A stretch of DNA of 62,401 bases from the NCBI GenBank assembly GCA_964343265.1, contig CAYFIW010000005.1, forward strand, positions 1-62,401. The letters run 5' to 3'. The DNA comes from an uncultured Dehalococcoidia bacterium. Lineage in GTDB: Bacteria > Chloroflexota > Dehalococcoidia > Lucifugimonadales > UBA826. Position 1 is the first letter of the stretch. Every line of letters begins with the position of its first letter. The notes below the pieces were generated by a model that made no database searches, was not told the origin of the DNA, and worked only from the letters and a program-made list of their open reading frames with translations. The translations under genes were made by a program, and so were the position numbers. Positions 41,484 to 51,344 of the stretch are shown here, one piece after another.

Positions 41484-42977
41484 ATGAATGAATTCAACGG
41501 AATACTTACATTAGCGGTATTTATGCCAATCGCGGCATCAATACTTATAGCTCTTTTTATGACAGGTAAAATCGCCAGGGGTTTCGCCGTAATCGTAACT
41601 CTCGCAGAACTTGTCATCACTTCATATATTTTTATTGCCTATAAAAATAACCCAGGTGGCTACCAAATGGTGGACCGAATTAGTGAATGGATCCCAGTAG
41701 ATTCATTCCGAGTGGAATATTTCTTGGGAGTGGATGGGCTAAGCGCCCCACTGGTTTTACTAACAGGAATACTAGGACTAGTGGCTGTATTCGCCTCATG
41801 GAATGTAACTGAAAGAACCAAAGAGCATTTTATGTGGCTCCTTGCATTACAAGGGGCCGTTATCGGAGTATTCACAGCGTTAGACTTCTTCATGTTTTTC
41901 TTGTTCTGGGAATTGGAATTGATTCCAATGTTCTTCCTTATTTCAATATGGGGAAGCGGTAGAAAAGAATATTCAGCCATGAAATTCTTGATTTTTACGA
42001 TTCTGGGTAGCGCATTTATGCTAATTGGAATACTCGCTCTTTATTTTTCTACAGGGACATTCGACATGACCATTCTCCCTGAAAAAATATCCGGAGCGGA
42101 TTTGATACTACCAGCTTCAATATTATTCATGTTAACCATAGTCGGCTTCGCCATAAAATTGCCGGTATTCCCCTTTCACACATGGCTTCCTGATGCCCAC
42201 ACTGACGCGCCAACAGCAGCAAGTGTAATGTTGGCTGGAGTCCTTTTAAAAATGGGTGGATATGGAATGTTCAGGGTGTCTTCGACAATGTTTCCAGACC
42301 AACTCCTGGATTTTTCGTGGCTATTAGCCCTTCTCGGAGTTATCAACATAATATACGGTGCCGCCATAACTATTAGGCAGACGGACCTAAAACGACTTAT
42401 TGCCTACAGTAGCATAAGCCACATGGGATTCGTACTCCTTGGGTTAGCTTCAGCAAACGGGGAGGCCTCAACTCTCGGTATGACCGGAGCCGCACTGCAG
42501 ATGTTCACCCATGGAACCATCACTGGACTTCTGTTTCTAACAGTAGGATTTATATACGAGAGGGCCCACACAAGACATATACCTGACTTAGGAGGGTTGT
42601 CTGGAAGAATGCCTTTCCTTGCTACATCCCTGCTAATAGCCGGCTTAGCTTCCCTTGGACTACCAGGCACAAGCGGATTCGTCGCGGAAATCACCATTTT
42701 CTTAGGTAGTTTTCCTGCATGGAAAATATTCGCCATAATAGCCGCATCTGGCGTGGTATTGACTGCTGGATATATCCTGTGGATGATACAGCGTGCAATG
42801 TTTGGAGAGCGTCCAGCACACCACGACAAGCTCACGGATGCTTCTTTACCTGAAATGATACCAATAGCAATACTAATTGTATCTATCGTTGGAGTTGGAA
42901 TTTACCCATCAATCATTTCTGACATGTTTGTCAAAGGACTTGAACCAATCATACTGTCAATTGAGGCATTGAACTAA
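41484..42977 (+). CDS. nuoM: NADH-quinone oxidoreductase subunit M
   Basis: GVDGLS, FWELELIPM, IKLP.FPFHTWLPDAH..APT..S..LAGVLLKMG.YG, DLKRLIAYSS.SHMG, LGLPG.SGF.AE. Confidence 0.97.
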   Translation: MNEFNGILTLAVFMPIAASILIALFMTGKIARGFAVIVTLAELVITSYIFIAYKNNPGGYQMVDRISEWIPVDSFRVEYFLGVDGLSAPLVLLTGILGLVAVFASWNVTERTKEHFMWLLALQGAVIGVFTALDFFMFFLFWELELIPMFFLISIWGSGRKEYSAMKFLIFTILGSAFMLIGILALYFSTGTFDMTILPEKISGADLILPASILFMLTIVGFAIKLPVFPFHTWLPDAHTDAPTAASVMLAGVLLKMGGYGMFRVSSTMFPDQLLDFSWLLALLGVINIIYGAAITIRQTDLKRLIAYSSISHMGFVLLGLASANGEASTLGMTGAALQMFTHGTITGLLFLTVGFIYERAHTRHIPDLGGLSGRMPFLATSLLIAGLASLGLPGTSGFVAEITIFLGSFPAWKIFAIIAASGVVLTAGYILWMIQRAMFGERPAHHDKLTDASLPEMIPIAILIVSIVGVGIYPSIISDMFVKGLEPIILSIEALN

Positions 42978-42978
42978 T

Positions 42979-44439
42979 ATGACTCTCCACGACCTTTACC
43001 TACTTTCCCCTGAATTATCGATGGTAATCATTGCCTCGGTGGTTATCGCCCTTGATTTATTACTTAAAGACAAAAAAATCCTTCCTGTTGTCGCTCTGAT
43101 AGGTCTTCTATTACCTATATTTTTCGGAATAAGACTTTGGGCAATTGATGACGAATATGCATTCTTTAACACGTTTCGGCTTGATAGTTTCGCCCTATTC
43201 TTCAAATATTTAGTGATTGGAGCCACCGCTTTAGTAATACTTTCTTCAACTAAATATGCAGAGAAATTCGAGCATCATCAAGGCGAATATTATGCTTTGA
43301 TCCTGTTTTCAGCAACTGGAATGATGCTCCTAGCATCGTCAGTGGAATTCATCACAATATATGTTGCCTTAGAGCTTACCGCCCTACCAACCGCCGCACT
43401 GGCCGCTTTCCTGCGAGAGTCACGGTCAGCAGAATCCGGTATGAAATTCTTAGTATTAAGTGCAGTGAGTTCTGCAATTCTTTTATACGGGATGGTCCTG
43501 ATATATGGATATACCGGAACCAGCCACTTAAGTGAAATAGCTATTCAAATTTCCAGGATTGGTGTTGATTCAAGTCCCGCCCTAATATTTGGTATTGTCC
43601 TAATTACCTGCGGTTTTGGTTTTAAGATATCATCCGTGCCTTTTCAAATGTGGGCTCCAGATGTCTATGAAGGTGCGCCCACACCTATTACAGGTTTTCT
43701 ATCTGTCGCAAGTAAATCAGCAGGGTTTGCAATAATTCTCAGAGTATTTTATGCATTTTTTGAGGCGGATTCATTCGATGTCGAATGGGCGAATATGATA
43801 GCTATCTTGAGTGCAATATCAATGTGCGTTGGTAATTTAATTGCGATTAGGCAAAACAACATAAAGAGACTTTTAGCCTATAGTACGGTCGCTCAAGCCG
43901 GCTACCTTATGGTGGGCTTGGCTGCCATGAGTACTCTCCCAGGAGGGGAAGACAATGCTGGCCCTGCTGGCATACTTTTTTATACTGCAGGTTATGCAAT
44001 GACAAACTTGACAGCTTTTGCTGTCATCATTGCTGTTTCAAGCTACACTAAAGATGACAGAATAGATTCCTTTGCAGGCTTAGCCAAAAAATCCCCATTT
44101 TTCGCATCTGCTATGACCCTAGCTATGATCTCCTTAATCGGGATACCTCCAACAGTAGGATTTATATCGAAGGTCTACATATTCGGTTCTGCTATGGATA
44201 CAGGATTGGAATGGTTAGTAGTTGTAGGGGTACTTAACAGCGTAGTTTCAGCCTATTACTACTTGAGAGTGGTAAAAGTCATGTTCTTCTCAACAACAGA
44301 GAGCACAAAAAGTATTAATTCTGGACTTGGCGCGGTATCTGCAACTACTATAGCCATGATTGCTACTTTTGCATTCGGCATATACCCCACACCAATAATT
44401 GAGTTAGCACAAACGGCAATAAAGTCGATCGTAAGCTAA
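42979..44439 (+). CDS. nuoN: NADH-quinone oxidoreductase subunit N
   Basis: PEL, GFKIS.VPFQMWAPDVYEGAPTP, NIKRLLAYS..AQAGY, SLIGIPP..GF..K, YYYLR. Confidence 0.96.
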   Translation: MTLHDLYLLSPELSMVIIASVVIALDLLLKDKKILPVVALIGLLLPIFFGIRLWAIDDEYAFFNTFRLDSFALFFKYLVIGATALVILSSTKYAEKFEHHQGEYYALILFSATGMMLLASSVEFITIYVALELTALPTAALAAFLRESRSAESGMKFLVLSAVSSAILLYGMVLIYGYTGTSHLSEIAIQISRIGVDSSPALIFGIVLITCGFGFKISSVPFQMWAPDVYEGAPTPITGFLSVASKSAGFAIILRVFYAFFEADSFDVEWANMIAILSAISMCVGNLIAIRQNNIKRLLAYSTVAQAGYLMVGLAAMSTLPGGEDNAGPAGILFYTAGYAMTNLTAFAVIIAVSSYTKDDRIDSFAGLAKKSPFFASAMTLAMISLIGIPPTVGFISKVYIFGSAMDTGLEWLVVVGVLNSVVSAYYYLRVVKVMFFSTTESTKSINSGLGAVSATTIAMIATFAFGIYPTPIIELAQTAIKSIVS

Positions 44440-44523
44440 GTATTTACACAAAAATCAAACATGGGTGCTACCATATCCATATCTTTGAAAAGTAAATGTT
44501 TTTTATGCACGTAACATGAGGGC

Positions 44524-45417
44524 ATGTTGAATCGAAATCAAATTGCATTTATCTTCAATTCTCAGCTCAAAGAGACTGAAATTGAAGCCAGAAACCTTCT
44601 TAAATCTCTAGGTATCAATGATAGAGCATGGGTTTGCTCGGCTGAAAAATTGGTAGATAAATCGGATGATTTAAACGAAACTTCTTTACTAATCGTTGTA
44701 GGTGGAGACGGAACAATCTTACGTACTATTAGAGCGGTAAGCGCTTACAACATACCTGTCTTAGGCGTGAATATGGGTAAGGTAGGTTTCATGGCTGAAC
44801 TTAGGCCAGATGAAGCAATAGCACGCATTCCAGAATTCATTCGATTTACTGAAACTGGCGAGGGGAGCATAAGGGTAGAAGAAAGAATGATGCTGGTTGC
44901 CGACATAATATCCGATAAAACCGAAGTTGCTAGATTTTCCGTACATGCATTAAATGACGTAACAATCGGTACCGGTGGCGTATCAAGCCTAGTGGAACTC
45001 GTAACCTCTGTTAACGGTGTACATCTTACCAACTACAGGGCTGATGCTGTCATAGTCTCCACCGCTACCGGCAGTACCGGATACGCCCTTTCAGCAGGCG
45101 GTCCGATCATTTTCCCTGAAGCAAAAATGATGATGATGCTTCCAGTTGCGCCTCACACAGGCCTACGAGACGGCTTGATACTAGAACCTAATTCTTTCAT
45201 AGAAATAGAACCATTATCAGGCTACGAGGCATCAATAAGTGCAGACGGGTTTAAAGATACAAAACTTAATCCTGGAGAAAAAATCAGGATCCAAAAGGGA
45301 CTTTACACCGCAAAATTTTTGAGAGCTCATCAACCAGACTTTTTTTACTCGGCCTTGAATTTGAGACTCGGTCTCGCTTATAGATCCCAACGTCCTCCTA
45401 ATATCCCTGGCAGTTAA
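44524..45417 (+). CDS. nadK: NAD(+) kinase
   Basis: VGGDGT.L, GVNMG.VGFM, ALND, ADAVIVSTATGSTGYALSAGGPI. Confidence 0.95.
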   Translation: MLNRNQIAFIFNSQLKETEIEARNLLKSLGINDRAWVCSAEKLVDKSDDLNETSLLIVVGGDGTILRTIRAVSAYNIPVLGVNMGKVGFMAELRPDEAIARIPEFIRFTETGEGSIRVEERMMLVADIISDKTEVARFSVHALNDVTIGTGGVSSLVELVTSVNGVHLTNYRADAVIVSTATGSTGYALSAGGPIIFPEAKMMMMLPVAPHTGLRDGLILEPNSFIEIEPLSGYEASISADGFKDTKLNPGEKIRIQKGLYTAKFLRAHQPDFFYSALNLRLGLAYRSQRPPNIPGS

Positions 45418-45423
45418 ATACAT

Positions 45424-45963
45424 ATGAGTCACCATAATAACCCAATCAAAACCATCGATTCAGAAATGATTTACGAAGGAAAAATCCTAAATCTCAGAAA
45501 GGATATTATACAAACTGAATCCAACATAAAAGCCGTCCGAGAGATTGTTGAACATAAACCTGCAGTGGCCATAGTTCCGATAGACGATAACAAAAATGTT
45601 CTCTTGGTCAGACAATACAGACATCCAGCGAAGCAATACTTATTGGAAGTCCCTGCTGGTCTAATTGAAGATGGAGAAGAGCCCGACATAGCAGCAATGA
45701 GAGAGTTAAGAGAAGAAATTGGTTATTCTTCAAACAACCTGAGGCTACTTGGAGGATTCTGGTCCAGTCCTGGATTTACTGACGAATATATGTACTGTTA
45801 TATAGCTACAGATCTAAAAGAGAGTAGTCTCCCTGCAGATGACGATGAAAATATAAAAGTTGAATCAATCCCAGTTGATCGAATAACCAAACTGATTAAA
45901 TTCGGCGAGATTACTGATGCTAAAACCATAGCATCACTACTCATGGCTTTTGAAATATTCTAA
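45424..45963 (+). CDS. nudF: Nudix hydrolase, ADP-ribose pyrophosphatase (NudF-like)
   Basis: [32 protein letters not shown]...AA.REL.EEIG, SPGFTDE, I.DAKT. Confidence 0.88.
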   Translation: MSHHNNPIKTIDSEMIYEGKILNLRKDIIQTESNIKAVREIVEHKPAVAIVPIDDNKNVLLVRQYRHPAKQYLLEVPAGLIEDGEEPDIAAMRELREEIGYSSNNLRLLGGFWSSPGFTDEYMYCYIATDLKESSLPADDDENIKVESIPVDRITKLIKFGEITDAKTIASLLMAFEIF

Positions 45964-45980
45964 CTTTTAAGGATAGAAGA

Positions 45981-47339
45981 ATGACACTATTAGAGGATAT
46001 GTTAAAACAAGTGGATCAAGCTGAGTCTGAACTTATTGAGCTTGAGCGAGCTCTTGTCCAGATACCTTCGGTGAATACCGGATTCATGCCAACAGGTAAC
46101 GAAACCCCAGTATGCCGATATATAAGTGACTGCCTTTCTAAAGACGACATCGATTCGCAAATCCTTGAAGCTGCCCCCAATCGAGGCAACATAGTAAGTA
46201 CTCTTCCCGGCCTTTCCGGAAATATTGGTCTTATATTCATGTCACATACTGACGTTGTTCCTGTAGAAGACGAAGATAAATGGTCGTATCCACCTTTCGG
46301 GGCCGAAATACACGACGGAAGAATATATGGCAGGGGCGCTTCTGATTGCAAAGGCCTTTTGACATCTCAAATATTGGCTATGCAAATATTAAAAAGAAAT
46401 GGCGTAAAACTTAAAGATGGCCTATGCCTAATATCCGGAGCTGACGAAGAACACGGCGGGAAATATGGTTTTGAGTGGCTGGCAAAAAATCATCCAGACC
46501 TCTTTCGGGCACCGTTCGCGATAAACGAAGGGGGAGGAACTCCAATCGAGGCAGCGGGATCCTTAACATACATTCTAGGAATTGGTGAAAAAGGGAGACT
46601 TCAGGTTGAAATCACTTTAAAAGGATCCAGTTCACATGCTTCGGTACCATGGCAAGGAAAAAACGCCATGTTCAGTTTAAACAAAGTAATAGAAAGGCTA
46701 GAAAATTACCAACCTGAAAGAGACACCACAACCAGTCTATTTAAGTATTTGTCTACATTTGCCATTGAACACCCTCCGTCCCCTAGTAACGTAGACGAAA
46801 TTATTGAAGAACAAGAAGAAAAAAATCCTAGATTCGCTTCCATGTTAAAAGCACTATCCAGAATGACCATTACACCAACGATGGTATCTGGCGGAATCAA
46901 GTCCAACAGTGTACCTGAACAAATAAATCTAACTTGTGATGTAAGAACCTTGCCACATCAAACTGAAGAATATCTAAGGCAAGAACTGGACTCAATCCTC
47001 GACGGAATTGAAGGAGTGGAATACCAAATCAATTACATGGCCCGTCCAAACTCTTCTGATTTTGAAACCACATTTAAGAACAATATAGAAGTGGCTACAA
47101 AAAATGCTTTGATGAGAGAAGATATAAATTTCGTGCCAGCGATAAGTAATGGATTCACGGACTCTCGATTCACAAGACCTCTAGGGGTCACAACCTACGG
47201 ATTCTCTGGCTCACATCCTGATGATGACCCAATGCTGAGCAGGGCTCACGGAACAGACGAATCAATTGGTATCAAAAGTTTGGTTAGTAGTGCAAAAATA
47301 ATGTTGCACCTAGCATACGACATTCTGGCAGTCAAATAA
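45981..47339 (+). CDS. M20/M25/M40 family metallo-hydrolase (ArgE/DapE-like)
   Basis: [40 protein letters not shown]. Confidence 0.92.
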   Translation: MTLLEDMLKQVDQAESELIELERALVQIPSVNTGFMPTGNETPVCRYISDCLSKDDIDSQILEAAPNRGNIVSTLPGLSGNIGLIFMSHTDVVPVEDEDKWSYPPFGAEIHDGRIYGRGASDCKGLLTSQILAMQILKRNGVKLKDGLCLISGADEEHGGKYGFEWLAKNHPDLFRAPFAINEGGGTPIEAAGSLTYILGIGEKGRLQVEITLKGSSSHASVPWQGKNAMFSLNKVIERLENYQPERDTTTSLFKYLSTFAIEHPPSPSNVDEIIEEQEEKNPRFASMLKALSRMTITPTMVSGGIKSNSVPEQINLTCDVRTLPHQTEEYLRQELDSILDGIEGVEYQINYMARPNSSDFETTFKNNIEVATKNALMREDINFVPAISNGFTDSRFTRPLGVTTYGFSGSHPDDDPMLSRAHGTDESIGIKSLVSSAKIMLHLAYDILAVK

Positions 47340-47353
47340 CTATAAAACATTTA

Positions 47354-48478
47354 TTAAATACACATCATGGAAACTTTTTCGACAAGGTCATGATTCAACT
47401 CACATCCTATTCCTAGCCCGTTCTCCAATCTTAATTTGCCGTTATGTATATTCTCACTGGGTTCTATAATATTTTTTCTCCAAGCTACCTCATCCACAGC
47501 ATGTTCTAGAAACATAGAGCCATAAACTGACAATGAACTATGTCCCGAAGCCTGAAGAGATATCGGGCCAGAAGGGCAATGCATAGAAAAGTCCTTGCCA
47601 TTTTCAACAGCTATGTTACCTATTACAGACGCCTCGGTCACCCCACCACAGTATTTTATATCTGGCATCACTATATCTAGAGAGCCTTTTTTCATCAGCG
47701 TCGAGTAATAATAGGCGCCATAACCTGATTCAGCTCCGGCAATCGGTATGTCGGATTTGGCAACTATACGACTCAGGGTTTCGGAATCATCACTGGGTTC
47801 TAAAGGTTCCTCCAACCAGTCAATCGAAAATGGCTCCAATTCCACTAATAAGCGATACGTTGACAATTCACTAAACCTAGCATGGCAATCTATCAACAAA
47901 CCTACGCTGAATCCCAATCTCGACCTTATCTCCCTTATTCTATCCAAACCATTTTGCATCAAATTAACCTGGTCATCCAAATTTTGTGTGGAGAAAACTT
48001 CATCAAAAGGCGCGCATTTGATGGTAGTAAAACCATTATTTACCGCCGATTCAGCAGCATCCGCAAAATCAGCCGGTGTGCGGTCCGTGGAAAATAACAC
48101 CCTATTTATATTTCCGTATAAGGGTATGGATTGGGACCAAGTACCTCCCAAATATTCACATAATGAAACTCCTGAACGGATTGCCTCGAACTGTGAGACT
48201 GCTGATCGAACCGCGCTCAATGACGCAGCTCTAACAGATTTCCCATCCACCACTTTTAAATTTAGTAATTTACCTAGGTCTGTGTCATTAGAAAGATCAA
48301 TCCCCTTTAATTTCTCTATAATCGCGCTAGTCAACTTAATCACAGCATTAGATTCATCACCTTTTGTTATCTCTACCGTTGTTGTAAATCCATTTTCATC
48401 AAAAAACTCGGCAAAATACCAAGTCGTTCTATGTGTCGCAACTGCGCGGTAAAATACAACGCCTGTTATTTTAGACAT
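47354..48478 (-). CDS. mandelate racemase / galactonate dehydratase-like enolase-superfamily enzyme
   Basis: LGG....IPLYGNINR, GFTTIKCAPF, metal ligands IDCH / WLEEP / GAES, MPDIKYCGG, SMH.P.GP, GLG.ELN. Confidence 0.85.
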   Translation of the reverse strand: MSKITGVVFYRAVATHRTTWYFAEFFDENGFTTTVEITKGDESNAVIKLTSAIIEKLKGIDLSNDTDLGKLLNLKVVDGKSVRAASLSAVRSAVSQFEAIRSGVSLCEYLGGTWSQSIPLYGNINRVLFSTDRTPADFADAAESAVNNGFTTIKCAPFDEVFSTQNLDDQVNLMQNGLDRIREIRSRLGFSVGLLIDCHARFSELSTYRLLVELEPFSIDWLEEPLEPSDDSETLSRIVAKSDIPIAGAESGYGAYYYSTLMKKGSLDIVMPDIKYCGGVTEASVIGNIAVENGKDFSMHCPSGPISLQASGHSSLSVYGSMFLEHAVDEVAWRKNIIEPSENIHNGKLRLENGLGIGCELNHDLVEKVSMMCI

Positions 48479-48717
48479 TAATTACACACTCCCAATATGT
48501 TTATAAAATAAATATTTGCTCTAGGCAACAACGTTGATACAGGCTTGCAGCGTAACTCCTATGACATTAACTCAATATTTAAAAATATGGATTCTTACGA
48601 TAGAATTTATTCTTCCACTACGAAAACCACAAGATGAAGTGATTTATAATTCTTAAGTTGGAATATCTAGGGCAAAATGGTACACTCGTTCACAATTCTA
48701 TCCGTATGGAGTTTTAA

Positions 48718-49602
48718 ATGAATGGTCTAATAGTCCACGAGGCTCCAAATAGTAAATTAAAAACAATGGTTGTAGCATTTGCAGGCTGGCCAGATGCTGC
48801 AGAGGCGGCAACCCGTGCCATCCGATACATGGTTCGCAAACTGCCAACCACTAAAATCGTGGAGATAGATCCGGAAGACTATTACGACTTTACCGTTAAT
48901 AGGCCACAGACTCGTGTAAATCGCCAAAAGGAAAGAATAATTAGATGGCCATGTAACGAATTTTACAGCTATGTTCCTGAAGACGATCCAGAAAACGGAT
49001 TGCTGTTATACGTGGGAACTGAGCCAAACCTGAAATGGCGCACTTTTTCGGATGCGGTCCTGCAGGTTGCCGACATGGCTCAGGTCGAGCTTATTGTATC
49101 TTTGGGAGCTCTTTTAGATGCAGTGCCACACACGAGAGAAGTTAGAATAACCGGTAGAGCAAGTAGTAAAGAATTGAGAAAGAAGGCCCAATGGCTTGGA
49201 ATTCAGAACTCTGGGTATCAAGGGCCTACCGGCATACACTCAGCCTTTTCAGACGCCTGTTCCAAACGCGAACTCCCACATGCTAACATCTGGAGTCACT
49301 GCCCACATTACGTACAAACCTCTCCAAACCCCATAGCAAGTTATGCGCTACTGGAACGGCTTAAAAACCTCGTTCAGGTAGATATAGACATGAGTGAACT
49401 AGGCCTAGCCGGAGAGGCATTCCAAGAAGAAGTGTCCAAGGCCATCGCAAAACAACCTGACGTGAAATCATATGTTTCCCGGCTTGAAACACAGTATGAT
49501 GAATCTGTCACGGCGTCTGAAGAAATGCCAACTGGAAGCGACATGGTTAACGAAATAGAGGAATTTCTACGTAGCCAAAGTGGGGGACCGGAAAATCCCT
49601 GA
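48718..49602 (+). CDS. PAC2 (proteasome assembly chaperone-like) family protein
   Basis: VAFAGWPDAAEAAT, IDPEDYYDF...RP, G.EPNLKWRTF, LGALL..VPHTR, YQGPTGI, PHYV...PNP. An extended -10 TGgTACACT lies at 48678-48686. Confidence 0.88.
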   Translation: MNGLIVHEAPNSKLKTMVVAFAGWPDAAEAATRAIRYMVRKLPTTKIVEIDPEDYYDFTVNRPQTRVNRQKERIIRWPCNEFYSYVPEDDPENGLLLYVGTEPNLKWRTFSDAVLQVADMAQVELIVSLGALLDAVPHTREVRITGRASSKELRKKAQWLGIQNSGYQGPTGIHSAFSDACSKRELPHANIWSHCPHYVQTSPNPIASYALLERLKNLVQVDIDMSELGLAGEAFQEEVSKAIAKQPDVKSYVSRLETQYDESVTASEEMPTGSDMVNEIEEFLRSQSGGPENP

Positions 49603-49627
49603 CCTCGCCAATATTTATTAATGACAA

Positions 49628-49990
49628 TTGGTGGAATCAAGCTTGGCAAATCTAAAGATTAACCCAGAATACTACCGTGAACTGTTTACACTATGGACTA
49701 GTGACGAGGCGATGATCCCTGATTTTCCTTCAGATCAGAAAGAGATCCTCGTCGGTCTTCACTTTATAATGATGGCGTTTGAAGAATGTATTGACTACAG
49801 TGAAGAAGAAATTGACGAAGGAATTAAAGATAGGAATCTTTTTGCTACTGACCATGTACAAATAAGGTTAGCATTGTTGAACAACGGCTTTTTATCTCAA
49901 ATTATCCAAGATAAATCTACTTCGTATCGATCTGCCCGTAGATTTCTTCAACTAGCGGATTGGGACCACGGCATTCCTGGAGTTTCTTAA
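49628..49990 (+). CDS. DUF2087-like small winged-helix protein
   Basis: 'FP......LV.L..I...FE....YSE.EI...IK......DHV.IR..L...GFL.......Y' resembles DUF2087. Confidence 0.6.
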   Translation: MVESSLANLKINPEYYRELFTLWTSDEAMIPDFPSDQKEILVGLHFIMMAFEECIDYSEEEIDEGIKDRNLFATDHVQIRLALLNNGFLSQIIQDKSTSYRSARRFLQLADWDHGIPGVS

Positions 49991-49995
49991 TACCT

Positions 49996-50907
49996 ATGAA
50001 AAATCATGAGCCATACAATCCATGCCCCTTAGAAGATGGAACTCTTACCATCAATGACGTCACTGTGAATTATAGAATTTGGAGCAAATCCGGCAGACCC
50101 ATAGTATTCTTGCACGGACTTGCCTCGAGCCAAAATATCTGGAACCTAATGGCCCCAGTCTTGGCCCCTAAATACCAGGTCATCACATTCGATCAAAGAG
50201 GACATGGCCAATCTGAAAAACCCACAAAGGGATATGATTTTGAGACCGTCGCGAAAGATGCAGCTACTTTTATCAAGAACCTGAAAATACATAATCCAAT
50301 TGTCGTAGGGCATTCTTGGGGAGGCAGCGTAGCTTTATGCCTAGCAGTGACTTATCCCGAGCTTGTATCCGGATTATGCTTTGTAGACGGAGGCCTTATT
50401 GAAATATCTAAAGTTCCAGGAAACTCTCTTGATTTAGCATTGAAGAACATGGCCCCTCCAAGATGGAATAATGTAAAAAAAACAGATTTGATTAATCGAA
50501 TAAGAAATCGACCGTGGGGAGACAGAGACTCAACATCAAAAGCCGTAAACCTAGAAGATATAGTCTTAAGCCACTTAAAAGTCGATGAAAACGATCTTGT
50601 CAGCGCAAACCTAAGCCGAGAAAATCATCTAAAGATAGTAGAAGAATTCTGGAAACATAAACCTTCGACCATGATTAGCCAAATCAAATGTCCTACGCTA
50701 ATACTTCCGGCAAGACAGTCTAAATCTGACACCTCAGATCTAAAACACGAAATGGTAGATATGGCGAGCCAAACTATACCTATTTGCGACGTAGTTTGGC
50801 TTGAAGAAAGTATCCATGACGTTCCATTACAAAGACCAGAACTAGTATCTGATTTAATTGCAAAAAGAATAGAAAGCGGGTTTTTTCCAGATCCTGAGCA
50901 AAAATAG
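49996..50907 (+). CDS. alpha/beta-fold hydrolase
   Basis: VFLHGL, DQRGHG.S, GHSWGG nucleophile elbow, CPTLI, HDVPLQRP. ATG at 49996. Confidence 0.9.
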   Translation: MKNHEPYNPCPLEDGTLTINDVTVNYRIWSKSGRPIVFLHGLASSQNIWNLMAPVLAPKYQVITFDQRGHGQSEKPTKGYDFETVAKDAATFIKNLKIHNPIVVGHSWGGSVALCLAVTYPELVSGLCFVDGGLIEISKVPGNSLDLALKNMAPPRWNNVKKTDLINRIRNRPWGDRDSTSKAVNLEDIVLSHLKVDENDLVSANLSRENHLKIVEEFWKHKPSTMISQIKCPTLILPARQSKSDTSDLKHEMVDMASQTIPICDVVWLEESIHDVPLQRPELVSDLIAKRIESGFFPDPEQK

Positions 50908-50927
50908 ATTTATTTTTATTTAAAAAA

Positions 50928-51194
50928 TCATGCCACACTAGAACCAACACCAAGAAAATAGTAAGGCACACTCCATTTTCCGATGAGACCCATATCCACT
51001 ACAGCCTTCTTAGCATAAATTCTCTCAACTATCCCTTTAGTACCTCTAGTTGGTCCTCCACTAACATTGCCCAAATACAATACTTTCTGACCGAGGCCAA
51101 CCTTACTTGAGTTTAAAATTATTTCATGACTTTTAGGACCATTGGATAATTTAAACTCAAGTTGTTTATTAGTTTCCACAATATTTATTCCCAA
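50928..51194 (-). CDS. small basic hypothetical protein, SH3/KOW-like beta-barrel pattern
   Basis: 88-aa ORF. 'VGLGQKV.Y......RG.KG.V.RI..KKAVVD.....W.VPY..L' resembles SH3-like barrels. It has its own near-consensus promoter. Confidence 0.65.
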   Translation of the reverse strand: MGINIVETNKQLEFKLSNGPKSHEIILNSSKVGLGQKVLYLGNVSGGPTRGTKGIVERIYAKKAVVDMGLIGKWSVPYYFLGVGSSVA

Positions 51195-51226
51195 TATTTT
51201 TCATTCAAATGAACCATTATTAGAAC

Positions 51227-51255
51227 ATTTTAGAACAGAACAATTGTTCTGTCAA
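51227..51255 (-). promoter_or_regulatory. sigma-70 promoter TTGACA-N17-TAAAAT containing a LexA/DinR-type box (GAAC-N4-GTTC)
   Basis: -35 at 51255-51250 and -10 at 51232-51227. Perfect 18-bp palindrome ACAGAACAATTGTTCTGT at 51235-51252. Confidence 0.8.
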
Positions 51256-51344
51256 TAACATCGGTCTTATAGCCTACAAAATGCTACAATCGCAACCGAT
51301 TGTTGTCGTATACATTTTTATATTAGTATTAAGCACTTCGAAGT

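Noticed and set aside
44524..45963. NAD kinase and Nudix hydrolase as functional partners of the headless complex I
   Set aside because: They are separated from nuoN by 84 nt and are common housekeeping genes. Adjacency alone is insufficient without synteny data.
47748..48452. 234-aa plus-strand ORF
   Set aside because: It is entirely antisense to the enolase-superfamily gene, with Ser-rich shadow composition and no motifs.
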